Positions 57,501-64,000 of a DNA stretch of 64,000 nt are shown piece by piece; positions within the stretch are counted from its first letter, which is position 1; each line of letters begins with the position of its first letter. A program made the translations under genes and the position numbers. A model generated the notes under the pieces. The model worked only from the letters and a program-made list of their open reading frames with translations. It ran no database searches and was not told the origin of the DNA. This DNA comes from an uncultured virus (IMG/VR IMGVR_UViG_3300032322_002129). Its lineage: Duplodnaviria > Heunggongvirae > Uroviricota > Caudoviricetes. The stretch lies in IMG/VR virus record IMGVR_UViG_3300032322_002129; one strand, written 5' to 3'.

Positions 57501-57688
57501 ACTCATTCGCTGACATGTTGATGAAGTACCTTCCAACACTTCGCGGTATTACGACGTATCCTGATGGTGCTCGTGGTGGGCAGCCGTTGGTAGCAGTACC
57601 ATATCGTGAAGCAGTGAATCAAACTGGTACTGAGTTTATTGAGTATGGGAATGAGAATGCGTGTGTAAGTGGGGTGTGTGGGATTTAG
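54599..57688 (+). CDS. nrdJ: Class II (B12-dependent) ribonucleotide reductase with two inteins; ~538 aa after splicing
   Basis: PGGR, QGGSRRSA, spliced N-C and NA-CTEV, APTGT, SGIEP, ISSTINL, C-terminal C..G.C. Confidence 0.92.
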   Translation: MSTFSDTILAHKYLNKDLGETSWDDVARRVAWEVVGKNYPRAYKEVYQIIKDKKFIPGGRYLYAAGRPYHQTQNCFAAETRVPFYENNQFCVKTAPIKDLVGKPDLVIMTTGGTWTQAEIKSFGVQKLSKITLQRQINIYMISDGGTLETYEEKVIYATPGHSWRVRAVNTDTKEVKKQEVQTKHLKPKMELWDVYDRAHRWTVMSVEKTDREEEVFCAVVENTREFVIDGDILTGNCLLLDVEDTRQAWADLSRRSVEGLSTGAGIGVVYSKIRPNGSPIRGMGGKATGPIALMQMINELGRHIQQGGSRRSALWAGLHWNHADVHDFIALKNWIPEVRALKEKDFNFPAPMDGTNISVILDDDFFKAYHDTNNPQHVHAHDVHKKVVKSMLKTGEPGYSADVGKNAGEHLRNAPVTADTYVLTKQGYKKVRDIVNTSTELWTGKQWAVATFTKTGENVPVVRVEMTGGRVIRCDPSHEFFVNVFSLENARRKFSDVMKVRAQDLEPDMVLHTSLPPVHNEQQVDRDAYTLGYLYADGVFTKNSAYVHVPCNTDAAARLYTNLLVSSRYKSAKVINEGGLAKVIYKSDKEYWSGRKKTIFPEEVYTYNTNQIVSFLAGLFDGAGVFNADQARVRLVSKDKTFLRSIARLLEQVGIFAGVGKSGYSKTGMQRWCLNIMHDYLSAFVTTIPCQIFKPDVSEYESYRASDIRVLSVTEDGAEDVFCCDVGVPEHSFMAEGIIISNCTEVTSADDSDVCNISSINLARIETLDEFKHVVNLAMIFLLCGTLYSKVPFAEVAATREKNRRLGLGLMGMHEWLLVRGKKYGPDPELATWLEHYSTSTDIAAGYADELGISRSVKTRAIAPTGTISIIAETTSGIEPLFCSAFKRRYLKGNTWHYQYVVDATAQRIIERGVDPDSIEDAYSLANDVERRLAFQSFVQQYVDHGISSTINLPAWGSDLNNETRVDSFADMLMKYLPTLRGITTYPDGARGGQPLVAVPYREAVNQTGTEFIEYGNENACVSGVCGI
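54821..55309 (+). mobile_element. Mini-intein (163 aa) in RNR
   Basis: Starts CFAAET, ATPGHSW block B, VFC block F, ends LTGN/C. Confidence 0.9.
55844..56827 (+). mobile_element. Intein (328 aa) with LAGLIDADG endonuclease at the RNR catalytic Cys
   Basis: Starts PVTADT, CDPSHEF, LGYLYADG and LAGLFDGAG, VFCC, ends IISN/C. Confidence 0.88.
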
Positions 57689-57768
57689 CGTTATACTATT
57701 GGCGCACACAGGAATATAACTTGTGTGCGCCTTATATTACAAAGTATATTTACACACAGTAGTAAACT

Positions 57769-58599
57769 ATGCAAGAAATACATAAAATAGAACCAGCATC
57801 AGAAGAATGGTGGCTTTTCCGGAAACCTATCTCAGAAGCAACGATTACAGACAATGTACTTCACTGGGGTACTGGTGGGTTGAATATTGATGGGTGTAGG
57901 ATTGAACTTGATGATGCCTCCAAAGAGATGGCTGGTAAGTTGAAGCAGAGAACTAACAAACCTTCAGGGAGAGGACTTCATCACAATCCTAAATCAGATA
58001 TTCAAAGAATAAAATTGGATCGAGAGATTGACACTTTTAAGTTGTCTGGTCGATGGCCAGCGAATGTAGTGCACGATGGTAGTGATGAGGTGGTGGGGAT
58101 GTTTCCAGATACTTTACCTGCAAAACAAGCAGAACGTGGTAAAGGTATTGACAGATCTACATTTCGACATAAATCTGGAGAATTACATGGTGTGAGAGGT
58201 CATAATGATTCTGGAGGTTCAGCAGCACGCTTCTTTTATGGGGCAAAGGCAAGTGTGCGTGATAGGGATGAGGGGTTGAGTAATTTTACCAAAAAACGTT
58301 CTGGTGGTATGTCTGCTACATTGGATGGATCAATGCTTACTGGTAGTGGTAATGAACGTACTACTACCCGCGCAAATATTCATCCTACGGTAAAGAGTAC
58401 TGAGTTGATGCGGTATTTGTGTCGTTTAATTACTCCCCCGCACGGAATAGTTCTTGATCCGTTTGCTGGTAGTGGAAGTACTGGAAAGGGTGCATTGAAA
58501 GAAGGTTTTCAGTTTATTGGTATTGAGATGGATGAGGAGTATTATACTATTGCCCGCGCAAGGCTGGAGCATGTACTTCAGCAGAAAGGATCTTCATGA
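57769..58599 (+). CDS. C-terminal half of a DNA methyltransferase (no motif IV)
   Basis: GTGGLNID, GRWPAN, HPTVK, DPFAGSGST; no DPPY-type motif. Confidence 0.75.
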   Translation: MQEIHKIEPASEEWWLFRKPISEATITDNVLHWGTGGLNIDGCRIELDDASKEMAGKLKQRTNKPSGRGLHHNPKSDIQRIKLDREIDTFKLSGRWPANVVHDGSDEVVGMFPDTLPAKQAERGKGIDRSTFRHKSGELHGVRGHNDSGGSAARFFYGAKASVRDRDEGLSNFTKKRSGGMSATLDGSMLTGSGNERTTTRANIHPTVKSTELMRYLCRLITPPHGIVLDPFAGSGSTGKGALKEGFQFIGIEMDEEYYTIARARLEHVLQQKGSS

Positions 58600-59537
58600 G
58601 CTTTTATGCAGACTTTGAAGATGTGATGATCGTTCCAACGTTTAGCCATCTAACAAGTAGGAAAGATGCAGAACTTACTGTTACGTATAAGTTTCTTTAT
58701 TCAATGTATCCATTTACTGGTGTTCCGATTGTAGCTTCAAATATGGATGGTGTTGGTACTCCTCAGATGGCTGAAGCACTAGCATCACATGGTATGCTTA
58801 CGTGTCTTACAAAGTCATATACAAGTCCCGCACATGGAATACGAACATTTGGCTTACGTGAAGGTATTTCGGCTGTAGAGCAGTATATTCTACAACATAA
58901 TCCAGAAATGATCTGTCTTGATGTAGCAAATGGGTATATGAGTACATTTGTTAATTTTGTACATGATGTGCGGGCTGTGTATAGCGGAACAATCATTGCA
59001 GGAAACGTTGTAACTCCTTCAGGAGTAGAAGCACTAACAAACGCTGGCGCAGATATTGTGAAGATTGGTATTGGATCTGGAAGCATGTGTACTACAAGGT
59101 TAAAGGCTGGTGTGGGTGTTCCACAACTTACAGCAATTATCACATGCGCTGAAGCACATCCTGAGGCATGTCTTATGAGTGATGGAGGATGTAGAAATCC
59201 AGGTGATGTAGTAAAAGCGTTTGCTGCTGGTGCATCTTTTGTAATGCTTGGTGGAATGTTTGCAGGTCATACAGAGGGTGGACACGTGCAAGGAGATCCA
59301 TTCTACGGCATGTCTAGCCATGTGGCTATGGAAAAGCACTATGGAAGTGTTGATGATTATCGCACATCTGAGGGAAGGGTAGTGCTTGTTGATCATAAAG
59401 GATCAGTACATGGTACTGTGCGTGATATTCTTGGTGGTTTAAGGAGTGGTATGTCATACATCGGCGCACGCACAATTCCAGAAATTGCACGTAAAGCACG
59501 GTTTATTTACGCTAATCGTCAAGTTAATCATCCATAA
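58596..59537 (+). CDS. guaC: GMP reductase / IMPDH-family enzyme
   Basis: ASNMD, DVANGY, AGNVVT, KIGIGSGSMCTTR, SDGG, FYGMSS, SEG. Confidence 0.88.
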   Translation: MSFYADFEDVMIVPTFSHLTSRKDAELTVTYKFLYSMYPFTGVPIVASNMDGVGTPQMAEALASHGMLTCLTKSYTSPAHGIRTFGLREGISAVEQYILQHNPEMICLDVANGYMSTFVNFVHDVRAVYSGTIIAGNVVTPSGVEALTNAGADIVKIGIGSGSMCTTRLKAGVGVPQLTAIITCAEAHPEACLMSDGGCRNPGDVVKAFAAGASFVMLGGMFAGHTEGGHVQGDPFYGMSSHVAMEKHYGSVDDYRTSEGRVVLVDHKGSVHGTVRDILGGLRSGMSYIGARTIPEIARKARFIYANRQVNHP

Positions 59538-59551
59538 AAAGGAGCTTATAT

Positions 59552-59776
59552 ATGCCAATGCCGAAACCACGTCCACGAGAGAATGAACAGGATTTTATTA
59601 CACGCTGCATGGGCAATGATACCATGGTTACTGACTTCCCAGAGAATAATCAGCGTTCTGCGGTGTGTTATCAGCAGTGGAGAGATGGCCGTCGTCCACG
59701 CAGTCCTGCTGAAAAGACTGAAGCAAAAGCTCCTTCACGTTTTGATAGTCTTAATACTGGTGAAGTTGATCAGTGA
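59552..59776 (+). CDS. Small phage head-associated domain protein
   Basis: P.P...E...DFI.RCM...QR.AVCY..W motif. Confidence 0.7.
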   Translation: MPMPKPRPRENEQDFITRCMGNDTMVTDFPENNQRSAVCYQQWRDGRRPRSPAEKTEAKAPSRFDSLNTGEVDQ

Positions 59777-59790
59777 TAGTAATTTTTGGT

Positions 59791-59831
59791 AAAAAACATC
59801 CTCTTATATAGATAGGAGGATGTTTTTTTTT
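59791..59831 (+). terminator. Intrinsic terminator
   Basis: AACATCCTC...GAGGATGTT plus T run. Confidence 0.75.
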
Positions 59832-59893
59832 ATTTAGTTTGCGCATAGTTTACAGATAGTTTACAGGCAGTTTGCAGGTAGTTTACGTATACT

Positions 59894-60712
59894 TTGTGCA
59901 ATGTTTACCAAGGATATATTATGGGAAGAAGAAAAATTACTCAAACACAGCAAACACAAGCTCCTCAACCAGCTGTGCGCGTGACAGAAAAAGAAGAAAA
60001 ACCAACACCACCACAATTCAGTACACTTACAAAAGATCAAATTATCGAAGAGTATAAACGATCGTACGACATCGATAACCTAACAACACCAAATGATAGA
60101 GCTAATCTTGATACGATGATTATGAACGCATTAGCTATTCGATCACTACAAGAAAAGCTCTTAGAGTTAGCAGTAGAAAACGTTATTGATAATGCTTCTG
60201 ATATTAAACGCATCAATGACAGTATTCGCGATCTTACACAAACCAATCTTGCCATTGAACGACAGTTAAGTATTGACCGCAAGACAAGAAGGTCAGAATC
60301 TGAACAATCAGTACTTGAATATATTAACTGGTTAAAAGATGCAGCATCAGAGTTTCTTAGCGATACTCCACGTCTCACAAAGATCTCTTGTAAGCGCTGT
60401 AATATTATGGTTGGTAGAATTAGTGGTGTGTATGATACCACATTCTTTTCTGCGGAGTTTCAATGTCCACAATGTAAAAAACATATCTATATTCGCAGAG
60501 ATGAGCGTGACACATTCTATGACATCAGAGATCCAGATTGGCGTAGAAAGTATCCTATTGAAATTATTCAGCCAAATAACGCTATCCTGGATGCACCGTT
60601 GGATACTGCATTAGTAGAAGATGATGTAATTATTAGTAATACGGTACAGGATGTTACAGAGTATGAGGATAAGGTAGTTGAGGTTTTTAGTGAGCCGCGC
60701 ACACAGGAATAA
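59894..60712 (+). CDS. Putative terminase small subunit (start likely 59921), with Zn ribbon
   Basis: Directly upstream of terL; helical region, L.I.RK.R, CxxC..CxxC. Confidence 0.45.
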   Translation: MCNVYQGYIMGRRKITQTQQTQAPQPAVRVTEKEEKPTPPQFSTLTKDQIIEEYKRSYDIDNLTTPNDRANLDTMIMNALAIRSLQEKLLELAVENVIDNASDIKRINDSIRDLTQTNLAIERQLSIDRKTRRSESEQSVLEYINWLKDAASEFLSDTPRLTKISCKRCNIMVGRISGVYDTTFFSAEFQCPQCKKHIYIRRDERDTFYDIRDPDWRRKYPIEIIQPNNAILDAPLDTALVEDDVIISNTVQDVTEYEDKVVEVFSEPRTQE

Positions 60713-60714
60713 CT

Positions 60715-63294
60715 ATGCCTATACGAAAAAAGCTAGATGAAAAGGATTTAGACCTTTTAGAAGTACTAGAAGATGAAGTGTGGTTAACTGAGTTTTTACG
60801 CAACACATCAGACGGTGAGTATAATCGTGCGCTTTGGCCAGCACAACCATGGAAGTATCGAGACTATCAAAAACAAATACTTACTGATAAATCAAAATAC
60901 ATTTCTCTTACTGGTGGGCGTGCTATTGGTAAGTGTGAGCCGGGTGAAGCAAAGATCCTTACCGTAGGGCGTGGATATATGATGTTGAAAGACCTGGTGA
61001 AAGAAACATCATTTCCCGTGTATGCGCTGGATCAATACTCAAACCTTGTTCAGCGTAGAGCAAGAGTTACACCAGATGATATGGCTCCAGTAAAAAAGAT
61101 TTATACTCGTGCGGGGCATTTAATACACGTTACAGCAGAACATCCAATCCTTACACCAGATGGATGGGTAAAAGCAGAAAACATTGATGTAGGATCGCTA
61201 GTTGGTGTATTGACACAAATACCCAACGATATGATTAGTCAAACATTTGCCTGGCATGAATTACGATTTTTTGGATATATTTTACTAGATCCCCCATTGC
61301 GTGAAAGTACTGTTTTTGTGCCGAAGTATAAAAAGATTGGTGAAGAGTTTAAGTATATTTGTTCTCTTTTACCAGTAGATGTATTTCCTCGTGAGAATGG
61401 GTTTGGTGTGCGTAGGGTTAAGGGTGGGTATTTTTCTACAATCCGCGCACTTTACAATGATGTAGGCTTTGATGATGACTACGTATTTTCCTTGCGTATG
61501 TCAAGCATGCCTGAACTATTGATGCTAGAGTGTAAAGATAATCTTAAAGTATTTCTTGAAGCACTGTTTGCTCAGTTTGCAGAGGTATCTGCGCGGGAGA
61601 TTAGTATATTTACACGCTACGAATCACTTACCTTTGCACTACAAACAATGCTCTTGCGCTTTGGTATTGAATCACGCATTACTACAAAAGACGAACCAAA
61701 TAGTTATAGCCTTGAAATACTTGATTACGAAAATGTGTATGATTTCTGGAAAACATTTACATTACCCGGTGTATCTGTTGATCAACTAGAAGAGCCTGTA
61801 CGTAAAGCACGAGTAAATGCACATCTTCGATATGATGAAGTGGTGTATGTGGATATGCCAATATATCCAGTACAAACATATGCTGTCCATGTGCGCGAAG
61901 ATAATAACTATATCTCCAGTAACATCTATGTACATAACACTGTAGTACTTGAAGATAAAATTATCTACGAGGTAGTAAACTATGAACGTGAGTTTCCTGT
62001 TACACCAGAGCAGGTACTTACCACAGCCAACCAGTCGCAGATGCAGCCATTGCTGTCAAAACTTATACAACGTTTTACTTCAAGCCCACTACTAAAACAT
62101 TATTTACAGAACAATGTAAATAAACAAGATGGTACGATGAGGTTTCCTGCACGAAGTAAACCATTCACGTTTTACTTTCGTATCGCAGGTAGTAAAGGCG
62201 AAAACAACGTCGTAGGGCTTCACGTACCAAAAGTGAAAATTGATGAAGCACAACTGTACCCACCAAATGCGTACACACAACTGCTTCCGATTATTAACTA
62301 TTGGGAACCTAAAACACAGCTTCTTATTACTGGAGTATCAAATGGTTTACGTAATTCTGTGTTGTATTTAGTAGATCAAAAAGATCCGAAGTTTAAGAAA
62401 TATCGTATTCCCTCGCACAATAACCCATTCTACTCACGAGAGCAGGATTTACAGAACTTACGTGACTGGGGCGGTGAGAATGATGATCGCTATGTTCAGC
62501 TTGTACTTGGTAGACACGGATCAGCAGCATTTCAAATCCTTACCAGAGATGATTTTAAAGTAGAAAGTTTTCCATTTCATAATTATCGATACCAGAGTAA
62601 TCAGAAGATGAAAGGTATTCATTATCACGAAGTATTAGGAACACCAGCTATTCCAGAATCAATCCAGCTTGTCATGGCTATTGATACAGGATTTGTTGAT
62701 CCTACCATTATTCAGCTTATTGGTATGGATAAGTATCACATTTGGAGAACCTACTGTAGGTATCACCTAAATCGTATTGACTTTACTGAGCAGAGAAAGA
62801 TTATTCATTGGTTAGCTACAGAATATAATGTACAAACAATTGCGATGGATATTGGTGCTGGTGGTGGTGGTGCTGGTATTATGCACGCACTACTCCATGA
62901 GGACGAATATAAAAACGATAACTATAACCAACGAATTGTACCAGTCATTTTTAATGAAAAGATTGTTGTAGGATTACGCGAATCTGGTGAGGAAGTAGCA
63001 GATGATGCAAAGTCACATGGTACAAAAGTACTAGTGACCGAAGTTCAATCAAGCCGATTAGTATTTAGTGATGTAGATCATGAGGGGATTTCACAACTTG
63101 AAAGAATATCGAAGCAAAAACTTAGTACTGGAAAAGATCGTTATTTTGTACTATCCGATCGCGGAAGTGGTGCAGATTCAAATGATCACATTTATGCCAG
63201 TTATATTTGTTTTGGCATTGCAATTGATCGTGGTTTAGTAAAGCCCGCGCAAGCTACACGAAAGCTACCAACAGTATCTGGAGTGTATACCTAA
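60715..63294 (+). CDS. terL: Terminase large subunit with intein
   Basis: R.YQ, GRAIGK/T Walker A after splicing, KIDEAQ Walker B, AIDTG nuclease, NDH. Confidence 0.9.
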   Translation: MPIRKKLDEKDLDLLEVLEDEVWLTEFLRNTSDGEYNRALWPAQPWKYRDYQKQILTDKSKYISLTGGRAIGKCEPGEAKILTVGRGYMMLKDLVKETSFPVYALDQYSNLVQRRARVTPDDMAPVKKIYTRAGHLIHVTAEHPILTPDGWVKAENIDVGSLVGVLTQIPNDMISQTFAWHELRFFGYILLDPPLRESTVFVPKYKKIGEEFKYICSLLPVDVFPRENGFGVRRVKGGYFSTIRALYNDVGFDDDYVFSLRMSSMPELLMLECKDNLKVFLEALFAQFAEVSAREISIFTRYESLTFALQTMLLRFGIESRITTKDEPNSYSLEILDYENVYDFWKTFTLPGVSVDQLEEPVRKARVNAHLRYDEVVYVDMPIYPVQTYAVHVREDNNYISSNIYVHNTVVLEDKIIYEVVNYEREFPVTPEQVLTTANQSQMQPLLSKLIQRFTSSPLLKHYLQNNVNKQDGTMRFPARSKPFTFYFRIAGSKGENNVVGLHVPKVKIDEAQLYPPNAYTQLLPIINYWEPKTQLLITGVSNGLRNSVLYLVDQKDPKFKKYRIPSHNNPFYSREQDLQNLRDWGGENDDRYVQLVLGRHGSAAFQILTRDDFKVESFPFHNYRYQSNQKMKGIHYHEVLGTPAIPESIQLVMAIDTGFVDPTIIQLIGMDKYHIWRTYCRYHLNRIDFTEQRKIIHWLATEYNVQTIAMDIGAGGGGAGIMHALLHEDEYKNDNYNQRIVPVIFNEKIVVGLRESGEEVADDAKSHGTKVLVTEVQSSRLVFSDVDHEGISQLERISKQKLSTGKDRYFVLSDRGSGADSNDHIYASYICFGIAIDRGLVKPAQATRKLPTVSGVYT
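60934..61938 (+). mobile_element. Intein (335 aa) in the terminase Walker A, degenerate LAGLIDADG
   Basis: Starts CEPGEA, VTAEHP block B, ends YVHN/T. Confidence 0.9.
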
Positions 63295-63325
63295 ATGTGC
63301 GCGTACGAATAAAAGATTATGATAT

Positions 63326-64000
63326 ATGAATAATGATACACCAAAACGAGTAGCAAAGGCTTCATACTTTACCAGTTACCTTGCTACACAACCAATTTAT
63401 ACTCCTCCAGTAAATAAATCACTTATTTCTGGATACTATAATCCGTCAGTAAAGCTGTTTGACTATCACGAGCTTATTAAAGTATGTCGATGGTTTTACA
63501 CGTTTGATCCTATTGCAGGAACCGTTATTGAACGTATGGCTGATATGTCGGTAACAGAGATACGTAATCGCAGAAAGGGTAAGCGGAATACTGCACCAGT
63601 TGATGATACAACACTTGCATATTACAATGCTATTGCAAAGCGTATTCGTCCACTGATTAAAGCCATGGCTCTTGAGTATTTTATCCATGGGCTTGCAGTA
63701 CCAGATTATACATTTGAACGTGTGCGAGGTGATCTGCTGTCAGAACATCTTGGTAGGCGTCGTGTGTGGGCTCCTGCAAAGGCTTGGGTGCGTAACCCAG
63801 AGAATATTGTACTAGAGCGTAAACCTGCTGGATTGGATCGTGCAGTCTTTCTTAAAATCCCATCACAAGATATTTCCTTTGTAAAAAACAAAGGATACTA
63901 TGAAGACGGGAACTACGATCCAGAAACATATCAGAAACTTCTTCGAGAGTTTCCAGAATATGTACGTGCAATTGAAAGCGGAAAAACAACTATCCTACTT
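63326..64000 (+). CDS. Portal protein, N-terminal part (runs off the window)
   Basis: Open frame MNNDTPKRV...CRWFYTFDPIAGTVIERM directly after terL. Confidence 0.65.
   Translation, partial: MNNDTPKRVAKASYFTSYLATQPIYTPPVNKSLISGYYNPSVKLFDYHELIKVCRWFYTFDPIAGTVIERMADMSVTEIRNRRKGKRNTAPVDDTTLAYYNAIAKRIRPLIKAMALEYFIHGLAVPDYTFERVRGDLLSEHLGRRRVWAPAKAWVRNPENIVLERKPAGLDRAVFLKIPSQDISFVKNKGYYEDGNYDPETYQKLLREFPEYVRAIESGKTTILL

Noticed and set aside
1..64000. tRNA genes or stop-codon reassignment
   Set aside because: No cloverleaf recognised; long conserved genes are intact in the standard code

Overview
A 64 kb segment of an AT-rich, tailed dsDNA phage genome (siphovirus-type tail, standard genetic code, apparently lytic; no integrase or repressor seen). 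Genes at 1-50,000 run on the minus strand and genes from 50,700 on the plus strand. (i) 1-11,050 is an array of about 25 small early/accessory genes punctuated by about 18 copies of a ~80-bp promoter/inverted-repeat element whose arms co-vary. It includes a paralogous family of beta-rich proteins, an AcrIII-1/DUF1874-like protein, a deaminase and a pyrimidine-dimer glycosylase. (ii) 11,250-27,900 covers DNA metabolism: ThyX, resolvases, exonuclease, RecA, PolA, DnaB, primase, SSB, methyltransferases and a glycosyltransferase. (iii) 27,970-48,800 holds tail and head genes; the major capsid gene is split by a group I intron carrying a LAGLIDADG endonuclease. (iv) A strand-switch/origin-like region lies at ~50.0-50.7 kb. 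(v) The plus strand carries methyltransferases, MazG, a class II RNR with two inteins (one apparently starting with Pro), GMP reductase, a terminase with an intein, and the start of a portal gene. The hexamer CGCGCA/TGCGCG is strikingly frequent across the window and forms the core of the promoter hairpins. All protein calls are by-eye motif recognition, not database searches.
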